From: Mayamaea pseudoterrestris
Lineage: Eukaryota
Direction of reading: 5' to 3'
DNA length: 64,000 bases
Assembly (NCBI GenBank): GCA_027923505.1
Contig: BROI01000008.1
Coordinates: 310,001-374,000 of the forward strand
In this document: one piece after another, positions 20,772-31,621 of the stretch
Numbering within the stretch: the first letter of the stretch is position 1
Layout: the number at the start of each line of letters is the position of its first letter
Notes under the pieces: model-generated
What the model was told of the DNA's origin: nothing
Seen by the model: only the letters and a program-made list of their open reading frames with translations
The model's database searches: none
Made by a program: the position numbers and the translations under genes

Positions 20772-22499
20772 ATGTACAATGTTTGTTGTGGATGCAGCAC
20801 TGATGATATTGCAAGCAGTGGTGACGAGTGCGAGGATCGAAGCGCGAACAGACTTTCGCACATTGGCACAGCGGCATACGAAACACTTAGAAAACACCAC
20901 AACCGGCACCACCATCAGCTTTGGAACGTAACCATGGGAGAATTCATGTCATTGGATCAAACTCCAAGAAATGGATGGGAGTTTACTAAGGATCCGGAAG
21001 CTGGACACGACGACTGGTTTCCAACGAAAATGGCCGATCTTTTGAAAAGAACGGAATATTGGGCGGATGTGATGAGTCTTGGACCACCAGATGGATTGTT
21101 CATGACCAAATTTAATGACGCACTGAAAGTCGTTGCTGCTAAAGAGCTAAATAGGACTATTGTCGTCCGCATGATGTTTGCCAACATTATCGGCATGCCA
21201 GTCAACTGCAACAAGGTCATCAAGCGACTCACGCAAGGCGTACCCAAGGATGGTTGTTTACAACTATGGGTTGGGGCTTGGCGACGAGGTGTCTCGTGGA
21301 ACCACGCAAAAATTATCGCAGTCGATGGACTATACTTGCATACGGGCGGCCACAATATGTGGGACCAACACTATCTGCAAAAAAATCCAGTACATGATTT
21401 ATCACTCGAGCTACAGGGCCGAGTCGCTCACGACGGACACTTGTTTGCGAATGAGCAGTGGAAATTTATTGAAGTGATACAAAGTACAAGATGCGGTCAA
21501 TGTGTCGACAAATTACCTGACTACTTGCCCATTTTGGCTCGCACGCGAGTCACTGTCAGCGAGTTTCCACGCAATGTTGCAGACGAGTTCCCGCCGCCTT
21601 ATAGCAAGGCCGTTGGCATTCCTACTCGACCACCTTTAAACAATGCAGTGCCAATCATTACCCTTGGCCGTTACGGCACTTTGATATCGCGATCGAGGCC
21701 GAGCGACGATGCATTCTATGCCATGTTCGAGTCGGCCCAAAGCTCCATTCGATTGGCCATTCAAGATCTTGGCCCCGTATGTATTCCTAACACAAAGCTA
21801 CCACTAATCGGATGCGTATGGCCAAAGAAAACTCTGACCTTGCTTGGAATGGCCATGTACGAACGAGACGTGGACGTGTATATTGCGCTGAGTAATCCAG
21901 GTTCCATTCCCGGAGGTTTAAAAGTGTTTGAAGCTTGCTATGGAAATGGCTGGTCCTGTGTCGACGTGGCTGCTGAAATTGTTAAATCAATTCACAAGTT
22001 GCATCCCGAAGCTAAACTAGACGACCTTCGCCGAGTTGTTGCCCATCGTCTTCGCATTAGCTTTGTACGACAAAAGCGGGGTGTGCGGCCCACTTTTTAT
22101 GATAATGGCGGAACAATTGGGATGCATGCCAAGCACTTTATCATTGACGATGTCTGCTCATATATTGGTTCTCAAAATTTATATATATGTGATTTGGCAG
22201 AATGGGGAGTTATAATCGACGACGAAGAAGTCACTCTGAGAATTATGCGAGAGTATTGGGAGCCTCTCTGGCGTGCGTCATACTCGCCGACCGATTGCGC
22301 TGTGCAAGCAGTGATGAAGGGCCTGGATGTTAATCGCGATGGAAGTGACAAGGCGTCATTAGACCAACGAAGACATTGGATGGAACAAACAAAATTGCAG
22401 CATACGCTGAAACCCGATCGCAGATTGGCGATGGCTCAAATAAGTGTCATGCCAAGCCAGGCTGACATTGAAGCATACTACGACGAGGACGAAGCATAA
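20772..22499 (+). CDS. Phospholipase D with two HKD motifs, bacterial (Streptomyces PLD/Ymt-like) type
   Basis: 'SWNHAKIIAVDG..TGGHN' and 'HAKHFIIDD..YIGSQNLY..L.EWG'. Confidence 0.88.
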   Translation: MYNVCCGCSTDDIASSGDECEDRSANRLSHIGTAAYETLRKHHNRHHHQLWNVTMGEFMSLDQTPRNGWEFTKDPEAGHDDWFPTKMADLLKRTEYWADVMSLGPPDGLFMTKFNDALKVVAAKELNRTIVVRMMFANIIGMPVNCNKVIKRLTQGVPKDGCLQLWVGAWRRGVSWNHAKIIAVDGLYLHTGGHNMWDQHYLQKNPVHDLSLELQGRVAHDGHLFANEQWKFIEVIQSTRCGQCVDKLPDYLPILARTRVTVSEFPRNVADEFPPPYSKAVGIPTRPPLNNAVPIITLGRYGTLISRSRPSDDAFYAMFESAQSSIRLAIQDLGPVCIPNTKLPLIGCVWPKKTLTLLGMAMYERDVDVYIALSNPGSIPGGLKVFEACYGNGWSCVDVAAEIVKSIHKLHPEAKLDDLRRVVAHRLRISFVRQKRGVRPTFYDNGGTIGMHAKHFIIDDVCSYIGSQNLYICDLAEWGVIIDDEEVTLRIMREYWEPLWRASYSPTDCAVQAVMKGLDVNRDGSDKASLDQRRHWMEQTKLQHTLKPDRRLAMAQISVMPSQADIEAYYDEDEA

Positions 22500-22567
22500 G
22501 CTTTTTACTATACATTCTTCTATATTGTTTGTCTGCACAAGTTGCACATCTTACAAGTCTACACAAA

Positions 22568-23449
22568 TCACTTGCGCTTCTGCGAGCGAAGGTATCGCTG
22601 CCACACTTCATAATATGCCATTCCAAACAAGAGTCCACCCAGATGAGACGAATGTGCGATCGGACTTCTTTTTTGAATCATTACCCCAAACGCGCTCGAG
22701 CCCAATAGATACATTAATAGACGCTGCGCTTCCAAATGTACAGGAATCAAGCCGGCAATCACCGTCGTTAAACGCTTCTTAGGCAGCATCCTCGCGTAGA
22801 CCGCTACAACTGCAAGCGTCACGTCAGATAATCCCAAAGATCCAACATGTTTTCGATCCAGCAGTAAAAACGCCATCGATCCTGCCATGGCAGCTCCTAG
22901 CAGCAGTGGCCAGATAGCTGTTCTCAGCATTTGCTTCACAGGCGAACCGAAGGTCAACAAGACGAGAATGTTTCCGATTAGGTGAAAGAATCCTTCATGC
23001 GACACTGACGCCAGCATTAGGCAAGGTATCCGTTTGTTTGCTAAATTAGAGTGACTTAATACAAAGTAGTTCCGCAAAATGAAATGCATGAATGGCAATT
23101 GCCAAGCAATGAACACTGCAACGCCGCTGAGTGTTGTGTAAAATAGCGACGGACTGACATCTTGTAGACGTCTCATTGCCTGAAACAATTGCGCCAAGGT
23201 AGCACTTGCTGGTCTATGGGAGACTTTACTAAATTGAAAAGGTGCCAATCGCGAGTTACTCGTGGTTTCAATAGTTGCGAATTCGTTGACATTGTTCTTG
23301 GCACGAGCGTCGGAATGGTGAGGAACATAATTTGGATTCAGCTCGTAATGAGAGCCTCCAGCACCGCCTCTAACAAGGATACGGTTTCTACTTGCAGTTG
23401 CTGCGAGAGAGCAGCTATAATATTGCGTTAGAATCAGTAGTAATCTCAT
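22568..23449 (-). CDS. Rhomboid-family intramembrane serine protease with signal peptide
   Basis: 'SHEGFFHLIGN', 'GSLGLS' and 'IAHSSHLGGLLFG'. Confidence 0.85.
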   Translation of the reverse strand: MRLLLILTQYYSCSLAATASRNRILVRGGAGGSHYELNPNYVPHHSDARAKNNVNEFATIETTSNSRLAPFQFSKVSHRPASATLAQLFQAMRRLQDVSPSLFYTTLSGVAVFIAWQLPFMHFILRNYFVLSHSNLANKRIPCLMLASVSHEGFFHLIGNILVLLTFGSPVKQMLRTAIWPLLLGAAMAGSMAFLLLDRKHVGSLGLSDVTLAVVAVYARMLPKKRLTTVIAGLIPVHLEAQRLLMYLLGSSAFGVMIQKRSPIAHSSHLGGLLFGMAYYEVWQRYLRSQKRK

Positions 23450-23593
23450 GGTAAAGCTCTTGTGTGGTTGCGTCGAGATTCAAAAAAAAAGGACGGTTTG
23501 TTTGTTCTTGTCACGATGCGACACGGATCACGAAGCGACATTTTAGCAACCTCCAAAATTGCGGCGCACATCGTCACATCCTCTTGCAACACC

Positions 23594-24184
23594 ATGGCTT
23601 CTACAGTTGTGGCTCCTTCCGCATTTTGCGCGATTGCGCTGCACGCAGTTCGTCACAAACACTCATCAGTCAATGGATTGCTGATTGGATCCCGGGTGGA
23701 CTCTGCAACTCGCATCGAACAGGCTATTCCCATCTGTCACAGCTGTCCTACCTTGCCGCTCGTGGAAGCGGCGATCGGTGTCTTGGCGGAGCAGACCATA
23801 GTAGGATGGTACACTGGTTCTCCACAGATGGATGACATAACGCCCTCAGCTAGTGCCCTGAGAATGGTAGAAAGTTTGGAAACAAGCAACATTATAGATC
23901 CAGTGCTTTTGATTGTGCAGAATCGTGGTCTCGCTGCCTGCGTGAACGGAACAGCTTCACCAGCATCGGAGCTTTTGCAGGCAATTGGGAAGGACAATAC
24001 AATGCAATGGACGAAACATTTGTCACTGAATATAGAGGACTTGAACAAGGCCACAAAAGCGACGCTTGAAGCGCTGCAGCAAAAGTACCGACTCGACGAC
24101 TTTGAAGATCACTTGGAAGGGCCTGCCACGGCCCCTTTTCCGGACAAGGAGCTTGCCAAGCTTGTCTCTAAAATGAGAGGCTAA
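23594..24184 (+). CDS. EMC8: ER membrane protein complex subunit 8/9 (UPF0172, MPN-like)
   Basis: 'LHAVRH..VNGLLIG', 'AIPICH', 'IVGWY' and 'DFEDHL'. Confidence 0.85.
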   Translation: MASTVVAPSAFCAIALHAVRHKHSSVNGLLIGSRVDSATRIEQAIPICHSCPTLPLVEAAIGVLAEQTIVGWYTGSPQMDDITPSASALRMVESLETSNIIDPVLLIVQNRGLAACVNGTASPASELLQAIGKDNTMQWTKHLSLNIEDLNKATKATLEALQQKYRLDDFEDHLEGPATAPFPDKELAKLVSKMRG

Positions 24185-24296
24185 CAATGTAGTAGGTGAT
24201 ATATTTGAACTACGCGTGAATAGTTATGGATATATCTTTTATAAGTTTGTGTAGTTAAAATCACTGCCACGAAGAGGAGCCCGCAACTTCGAATGT

Positions 24297-26087
24297 TCAA
24301 GCTCTACTTAGCACTTCGCCACTCGGCATGAGGACCTTCATTTGTATTGCAACGTCTTCAATTACAATTTCCGCATTGCGATAGCGACGCATTGCTCGCT
24401 CGACAGACTTTGGATGCCGGAATCGAACAATACCAAAGCCTCTCTTGCCCGATGCAACAGCCGCTTTTTCAATGTCCCCGAACTCGCTCAGAGCATTAAT
24501 AATTTCGCTAGCTTCAACTGCTTTACGCATTCCCGATATAATGACAGTCGTCATGGGCAGATCATTGGCCACCTGTAAGCCAAGCAACGCTGCCGACTCG
24601 TGAATAGTTCGCGATGCATCTTCAGCTTCAATGACACCGTATCTAACACTTGCCACCATTTTGTTTAACATGTCCTGCATAAAGCCCCGCCGCCGATCCA
24701 CTGGCGCCGAATCATTGCGCTTCAACCAGTCGCTTACTTCCACCAAAGCACTCGCTTCGACTTCGGCTCCTGTTGGAGTGCCTTGGCAACCCCACATGAG
24801 GTCGCTAGTGTCCATGTCAGCATCTTCGTCACCCATCAATACCTTTGTTACAGCTGCGCTCATGATACCTTCAAAACCCGACAGGTTGCCCTCAACGTTC
24901 GCTCTCAACTCTTCAAGATTTTGATCCTTATATTGATCAAACTCATCCTGCAAATTCTTGGCTTCGTCGTCTGAAAACTTGTCCGACCCGATACTGTCAC
25001 TGGATTCACCATCGGAGACAAGAGAAACATTGTCGCGCGATGATATCATGGAACCATTGCGCCCGTACACTGCCATACCTGGGATAGAGGCCACAGATGA
25101 AGGATTATGCTTGCCCATGTGGTTCACATTATTGTCACCGCCGCCATTTTGGTTGTTGGCCGTATACCGACTTCGCCTTCTCTTAGTACGTGCCAAGTGT
25201 TGCATCCGTCGCTTTCGCGTGATAAAGACAATGCCGATGAGCACCGCCATGCCAGCCAAGACGGTGATTGGCACAATTATAGGAAGAGTCACACGAGTTG
25301 AGGCCTCCATTTCGGCCGGGTCAAAGGGACCGGGAGTCGGAGGAAATGTGAGAGTAGTAGGTGCAGTGGTAGGATTGGTAGGAGGTGCAGTAGTGGGATA
25401 GGGAGTTATGGTAGGAGAGGTTATAGAGGGCGGTGTTGTGGCTGTTGGCCCAGTCGTTTCGACTTGCACAAACTGGGTTTCCATAGTGTCCGTAATATCA
25501 AGTCCGATAGCTTGCAAGTCGCTCGTGACCAAATCAAGGTTCTCATTGACGTAGGCAATGAACAAGCTGGTATATCCAGTTACATTAACAGTGGGAGATG
25601 CGTAGTCCATGGAGTAGTCAATGATACACTCAAAGACTGAACTAGACGAATTGGTCTCTGTATATGCGAATCTTTGTCCGAGGAAGACACAGTCCGTGCT
25701 GACACGATCCGTCTCATTGGTAGGGGCAAAATCTTGAGTGTAACTTTCAAATAGCTCTTCAAATGCAGCCTTATCTTCGTCTGAAAAGAAGGTGTTGTTT
25801 CGTACCTCAAAAGATTCACTATATCGCTGCTGATCAAAACTAAACGGAGTTGGAGAAGGAGTAGGCACCAGTGTAGTCTGCATTTCAGTTGGATAAGGCG
25901 TAAGTGTTGGTCCAGATGTTGTTGGTGAAGTAGGAACGACATTGGTCGGTAATGGCGTGGGGGTATCAGAGCTGCTGGGCGTGTCTGCCGCTTGCAGCGA
26001 TCGAACTGACTGCTTTCGGGAAAGATGTTGCGTTCGTAGGGTTGATACCATTGCATGCTGCAGGATAAAAAGCAATAATGGTAGCAT
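24297..26087 (-). CDS. Predicted type I membrane protein: signal peptide, RxL site, Pro/Thr-rich ectodomain, TM helix, acidic region, C-terminal RRM
   Basis: Hydrophobic N-terminus 'MLPLLLFILQHA', 'VRSLQ', PT repeats, TM 'LPIIVPITVLAGMAVLIGIVFI' followed by 'RKRR', RNP2-like 'VIISGM' and RNP1 'RGFGIVRF'. Confidence 0.75.
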   Translation of the reverse strand: MLPLLLFILQHAMVSTLRTQHLSRKQSVRSLQAADTPSSSDTPTPLPTNVVPTSPTTSGPTLTPYPTEMQTTLVPTPSPTPFSFDQQRYSESFEVRNNTFFSDEDKAAFEELFESYTQDFAPTNETDRVSTDCVFLGQRFAYTETNSSSSVFECIIDYSMDYASPTVNVTGYTSLFIAYVNENLDLVTSDLQAIGLDITDTMETQFVQVETTGPTATTPPSITSPTITPYPTTAPPTNPTTAPTTLTFPPTPGPFDPAEMEASTRVTLPIIVPITVLAGMAVLIGIVFITRKRRMQHLARTKRRRSRYTANNQNGGGDNNVNHMGKHNPSSVASIPGMAVYGRNGSMISSRDNVSLVSDGESSDSIGSDKFSDDEAKNLQDEFDQYKDQNLEELRANVEGNLSGFEGIMSAAVTKVLMGDEDADMDTSDLMWGCQGTPTGAEVEASALVEVSDWLKRNDSAPVDRRRGFMQDMLNKMVASVRYGVIEAEDASRTIHESAALLGLQVANDLPMTTVIISGMRKAVEASEIINALSEFGDIEKAAVASGKRGFGIVRFRHPKSVERAMRRYRNAEIVIEDVAIQMKVLMPSGEVLSRA

Positions 26088-26691
26088 TCGACCACAGAAA
26101 CAAGTTTTATAAAGCAATCTAACTCGAAGTTGAGGAGTATAATGGCGCACGCGACGTGGTTTCTCCGTCCGTGGATTCGCAAATAAAGACGCTGCAACAT
26201 GTCTCGGGCGCTTCATATATCCGTTATCTCTTGCAGTCACCATTGAAATAGCAATTGCTTTCAGTTGATAGTTGGTCGATGGGCATGTAAGTAAGGACAG
26301 CGAGTGACGACGATTCGGTGGAGCGGCATTTGAACAAGAGAAACGCACGGCGTGCGGTCCTGCTTGGCGTACAGTCGAGGCTACAGTCAATTTTCCCTGA
26401 CTATTGCTGACGTCATAGCCGGAACGTCGGGGTTCCTTTTTCAGTCACAAGTCGGAGTGGTCACACTGTGACTACTGCAAACAATGAGCTTGATAACTTT
26501 GCTTCCATCTAAATCGGTATATACAATACTACGCACCGGTAGACGGGTGGCTGGGAAGTTGCTACTGCTTGTTAGTTTATCCATTTATTAGTTTGGCGCC
26601 TTATGGATTTATTTTATGACTATCATACTGGTAAAAACGATTCTTTAACACCTCGCTGATTAACTACCATTTAATCGTCAAAATCTAGAAT

Positions 26692-26773
26692 GGGCACTTG
26701 ACCGAGTGGTTAAGGTGACTGACTTGAAATCAGTTGGGATTATCCCGCGTATGTTCGAACCATGCAGTGCTCG
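26692..26773 (+). tRNA. trnS-UGA: tRNA-Ser (anticodon UGA)
   Basis: Acceptor GGGCACT/AGTGCTC + discriminator G, D-arm ACCGAGTGGTTAAGGT, anticodon arm ACTGA-CTTGAAA-TCAGT, long variable arm GGGATTATCCC, T-loop TTCGAAC and a downstream T-run. Confidence 0.96.
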
Positions 26774-26863
26774 TTCTTTTGCCGTTCTTTTTCTCTCTCA
26801 TGGTCGACATGCATATAATATTTTTGGAATGATTCCATCGCACAAGATCAACACGCTATACCA

Positions 26864-27403
26864 ATGAAGCATCTGTCAACTTTGCTTCTACCACTTTTTT
26901 CCTGTACCTTGCTTTGCGACTACTTTGCAGACGCTTTTTGTTCGCAAAGAACGCAACATGAGGAAGCGTCTTTATACTTCCACAAACACACTGCACTGGC
27001 CGTCAACTTTGGCTGGTTTTCTGGCGGAGACGGAGAACAAGCCGCCATCGATGAAAAGATTAAGGCAAATGCTAGTCGAGGACTAGGTGGTGTCGCGTCG
27101 ATGATGACCAATATAGAAAACCTGCAAGCATCTCAAAAATATGGCAAACTCACAGCTGGCGTGGTCAACGAACTGTCGTCCATGGCTGTCGAAGGCGTTT
27201 CTCCGGATGGAAAGGTCAAGGTGACCATGAGTGGCCAACAACGGCCCGTTGGTATTTCCATTGATGAAGCTTTCTTTGAGGTTTCGGATGTGTCCGATGT
27301 CAAACAGTCAGTAATGGCGGCCATGGAGGAAGCATATGAAAGGTCTGTTGAACGAATGGATGAAAAGATGAAGTCCTTTTACAAGGAAATTGGTATTCTA
27401 TAG
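26864..27403 (+). CDS. YbaB/EbfC-family (STIC2-like) protein, probably plastid-targeted
   Basis: 'EL..VEGVSPDGKVKVTMSGQQRPVGISID..V.AAM.EA'. Signal peptide ends 'ADA-F'. Confidence 0.85.
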   Translation: MKHLSTLLLPLFSCTLLCDYFADAFCSQRTQHEEASLYFHKHTALAVNFGWFSGGDGEQAAIDEKIKANASRGLGGVASMMTNIENLQASQKYGKLTAGVVNELSSMAVEGVSPDGKVKVTMSGQQRPVGISIDEAFFEVSDVSDVKQSVMAAMEEAYERSVERMDEKMKSFYKEIGIL

Positions 27404-27451
27404 TTGATTAGTACAAAATTTTTGGCGACATTACGTTGCTCAACAATTTTA

Positions 27452-28552
27452 CTACTTGGTCGCATTATGTAGTCCATTCACCAAGTACAGCTTGTAGATT
27501 CCTTCACCCGTGAACTTGTCCATTCGCTCGCAGTAACTCCGAATCTGGTTAGAAATGAGCAAACTTTCCATGCGCCGAGGCGCATCCGCGCCTGCCCATT
27601 CCTCGCGTCCCAGCGATCGGCCTTTGTTATCCTTGCTCTTGCGGGCCAACTGTCGGGAGAAGTATTGGAACTTGTGTTGCTCCGCCGACAAATCATCTAC
27701 CCATCCACAAAGGAACTCCAAGTGCTTTTCCAAATACGGATTCACCGTCAAGTCGAGTCGATCGAAGGTCGTATCGGCCCTATTATCAAATAGCGAGTCA
27801 CTGTTGTCGTTGCTCTGATCCGTCATTGCTTGCTTGTCAAAGCAACCATCCCGCACGTCCGCCAGCAATGCTCGCGCCAAACCAGGGTTCTTCAAAACGA
27901 CAGGCACCTCCTCAAAGATGGTCTTGGGGTCCATGTACACGTTTGCACCCGATGAGCGAATACGGATACACTCATCCGTGAGTCGAACACACTTGAGCAT
28001 CAAATTTCCGTTGGAAGTCTGCATAGGATCGTACAAAACAACAACCGCATTGGGGCTCAAGTCGGTTTGGTAAGACAATTGATTATCAAGCAAGGAAGAC
28101 GTTGAATAAATGCCCAGATACATGCTTTGGTACCAACCGACACAGTTATTGTCAACATTGACTTCTCGAAGCATGCGCATCATTTCCATCTGAAACTCAT
28201 GTCCTTCTAATCCAGCCGCATCGTCCTCCGAATCTGCCGCCGCAGCCGCAGCCGCAGCAGCAGCCTTGCGGTCGAACCGTGGATCCGGAAAAGGAAACGA
28301 ATGAGTAACTTCGAGAATGCCGCCTTGGACAGCCAAGCCGAGGAGTGAGCCAGTCACCATGTGAGGGAGCGACTCGTGGCAGTGCTTGACAATCTTCAGT
28401 AGAGCCTGTAATTAAAAAGGTGGAGTCGATTGTTTGTTAGTCATGTTATTTACGGTTAGCAAGACCTTGTGAAGGCGTCAGGTGCACGCACGTACCAAGC
28501 CATCCATGTGCACTACGTTTATACGCTCCGTAGATTCGATCACTGCCGCCAT
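27452..28552 (-). CDS. EIF3H: Eukaryotic translation initiation factor 3 subunit H; intron 28406-28495
   Basis: Spliced N-terminus 'VHMDGL|ALLKIVKHC', then 'VTGSLLGL..LEVTHSFPFP', 'MMRMLREVNVDNNCVGWYQS' and 'YDP'. Confidence 0.93.
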
Positions 28553-28858
28553 GTTCAGTAGTTTGTCTGTATGGCAATCTACGGTAGGCTCGTTTGAAGG
28601 TGATAGTAGAGTTGCGCGAGTGAACCAAGGACCCTCTGCCATGGTGGATTCGTGGCTATCGGTTGCTGCTCCTTACGATATCGTATAAATCACGTTTCAC
28701 GTGGCAAAAACAGCAGTCTAGAACGCTTATGAGTAAGCAGACGAGAAACGCACGACGACCGCAGGTTTTTTCTTTCGCAAGCCAATCACCAACACTCGCT
28801 TTCGGCAACAGGATCAGTACATACTCTACTAAGACAAAAGCTATATTTGCGACCAATC

Positions 28859-30977
28859 ATGGCGACTGAATTCGAAATTGAAGCTCCTGCTGCTACCGCG
28901 GATGGCGATAACGAGCCGCTCTCGAAGAATGCTTTAAAGAAGAAGCTCAAGGCCGAGCAAGCTGCCAAGGCCAAAGCGGAGAAGGAAGCCAAGCGGGCGG
29001 CAGAGCTTGCGGCCAACCCCAAACAAACATCGTCAAACGCAGCAGCTGTGGAGGAGGAACTTGATCCAAGTCAGTTTAAGGCTAATCGCGAGCTCATGAT
29101 CAAGAACTTTGAAGCCGAAGGCGGCAATCCCTACCCTCACAAGTTTCACGTTGATTGGCGACTTCCCGACTACAATGCCGAGTTCGAATCCAGAACCAAG
29201 GACGGAGAGCGATTAGAGGATGTTTTGACGACAGTCGCTGGCCGCATTGTTTCCGTTCGTGGACAAGGAAAGCTGTTCTTCTACGACTTGCGGGGAGATG
29301 GCGCCAAGGTGCAAGTCATGTCTGACTTGAAAACATATGCGGATGGAGAGGATGCCTTTTACAAAATTCATCGCATTCTTCGACGCGGTGATATCGTCGG
29401 AGTCAAGGGGTACCCGGGAAAGAGCAAGAAGGGAGAGCTATCCATCTTTCCCGTGGAAATTATTCTCCTATCGCCATGTTTGCACATGCTTCCATTCGCC
29501 AAGGGCGATTCGTGCGTTGGCGGTATCACCAACATGGAGACGCGTTATCGCCAGCGATATTTGGATTTGATTGTTAATCCGGACGTTCGCAATACTTTTG
29601 AGATACGATCCAAGATTATCAATGGGATTCGCAAGTACTTGGACGAGCGTCACTTTATGGAAGTGGAAACGCCCATGATGAACATGATTCCGGGTGGAGC
29701 TGTTGCTCGGCCGTTTATTACTTACCACAATGACCTGAGCATGGATTTGTATCTTCGCATTGCGCCCGAGCTCTACTTAAAGATGCTCGTTGTCGGCGGA
29801 CTTGATCGCGTCTACGAACTTGGTCGGCAGTTTCGCAACGAAGGAATTGACTTGACGCACAATCCAGAATTCACCACACTCGAGTTTTACATGGCTTATG
29901 CCGACTATGATGATCTCATGGTCATGTGTGAAGAGCTTGTCAGTGGACTTGTCAAGAGCATTACGGGTGGATACAAAATTAAGTACTCGCCCAAGCCAGG
30001 AATGGACGAGGTTGAGATCGACTTCAGTCCTCCGTTTAAGCGCATTAGCATGATGGAAGGACTCGAGGAGGCAATGAAGACCAAGCTGCCGGCATTGGAT
30101 GATCCTGACGTTGTCACGAAGTTGACTGCCTTGATGAAGGAGCACAAATTGGAGTGCACGCCTCCTCATACGACGGCGCGACTTTTGGACACGTTTGTGG
30201 GCGAGTTTCTGGAAAACAATATTACCCATCCGACATTCATTACGGAGCAGCCACAGCTCATGAGTCCACTTGCTAAGTATCATCGGTCCAAGCCGCATTT
30301 AACGGAACGATTTGAATTGTTTGCCGCTGGTCGAGAGGTATGTAGATGAGTCTGTTTCTGCTTTGCGTTATTATTGTGCCATGTGTTGATGCACATTATA
30401 TATAATTCATGTTCTCATGACCTCGTTTCTGTAGCTGGCCAACGCGTACACCGAGTTGAATAATCCAGTGGTACAGCAGTCACTTTTTTTGGACCAAGCC
30501 AAGGCTGGCAGCGCCGGTGACGATGAAGCGATGGTCATGGACGATGCGTTTGTCACGTCGCTCGAACACGGTCTGCCACCGACGGGTGGTTTTGGTCTCG
30601 GCGTGGATCGCTTGACCATGTTCTTGGCTAACAAGAACAATATAAAGGAGGTATTGCTGTTCCCGGCAATGAAACCAACGGAGGAGCAACTGGATTTAAT
30701 CTCTAAAAGCGCGCCAAAGAAGGCCCCGTTGAAGTGCATGGGTGTCGGAACTTTTGCCGGAGTGGACCTTGCTTCAGACGAAGGCATGGCCAAGCTAAAC
30801 AATGCGCTGGCGGGCAAGACTTTTTTGTCTGGAAACTCCCCAAGTATGCAGGACGCGGAGCTGCTCAAGGTGGCTGAGACTCTCCCGCTTTCTGCCGTGA
30901 TCAAGTCGCCCAATGTTTTGTCATGGATCCAGACTTGCTCCGCAGTTGCAGTAGATGCCCGAGAACAGTGGGCGTAG
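28859..30977 (+). CDS. KARS: Cytosolic class II lysyl-tRNA synthetase with C-terminal extension; intron 30338-30434
   Basis: 'PYPHKF', '[12 protein letters not shown]', '[15 protein letters not shown]', '[18 protein letters not shown]' and '[15 protein letters not shown]'. Confidence 0.97.
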
Positions 30978-31117
30978 CTTAAAAATTATCAACGTATACT
31001 TGTCGTGATGACCAATCATCATTGGCGCTTTGATGTCTGAAAGTATGTACGGTATATGACCTACCGAGGTATGTTACACTTCTATCAGTAAGTTAATACT
31101 TGCTAAAAAACGTTAAT

Positions 31118-31621
31118 TTACTGTCCAAAGGCCATGGCTTGCAAACTGCTGTACTTTTCCGCGACTGCTTGCGTAGTCACTTCAATTCCCTTGATCACCG
31201 TCTCCTTAACAGCTTTTGAAATATCCTCCGGCGAAGCGGAGTCAAACCATGCCTGATCAAATTTTATGCTCGCTGCCTCGTAGTCAGGGTTGGGGTCCAT
31301 GGGGTTGAGCGACGGCAGGCACTTGAAGACAGCCTTGACATTTCCGTCGGCAGATTCAACTTCCCACGATCCCTTGGCCAGTTCCTCGTCTAGCTGTTTC
31401 TTTTTTGTTGCAATTTCTTGCGCCTTTTTGAACATGGCAAGCTGATCCATCATACCTGGCGCTTTTGCATCGCCCTCTTTTTTGTTGCCAAACAAGTTCA
31501 AAGCTGAACTACCGGTAGTTAATGATTGATGCTGACGTTGTAAGGTCGACTGTTGGTTCAAGATGAAGGCCGAAGCTGGAGCTGCCGCTAAAAAAGCAAC
31601 CATAAAAATCAGTAACTTCAT
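31118..31621 (-). CDS. Second, divergent YbaB/EbfC-like protein, plastid-targeted
   Basis: 'ASA-F' presequence; 'GMMDQLAMFKKAQE..QLDEEL..ESADGNVK' and 'EDISKAV'. Confidence 0.7.
   Translation of the reverse strand: MKLLIFMVAFLAAAPASAFILNQQSTLQRQHQSLTTGSSALNLFGNKKEGDAKAPGMMDQLAMFKKAQEIATKKKQLDEELAKGSWEVESADGNVKAVFKCLPSLNPMDPNPDYEAASIKFDQAWFDSASPEDISKAVKETVIKGIEVTTQAVAEKYSSLQAMAFGQ

Noticed and set aside
26692..26773. Selenocysteine or suppressor tRNA because of 'TGA' in the loop
   Set aside because: Anticodon UGA reads the Ser codon UCA. tRNA-Sec needs anticodon UCA and a longer acceptor arm.
28233..28266. GCN repeat in eIF3h
   Set aside because: Encodes a simple poly-Ala loop insertion; ordinary slippage.
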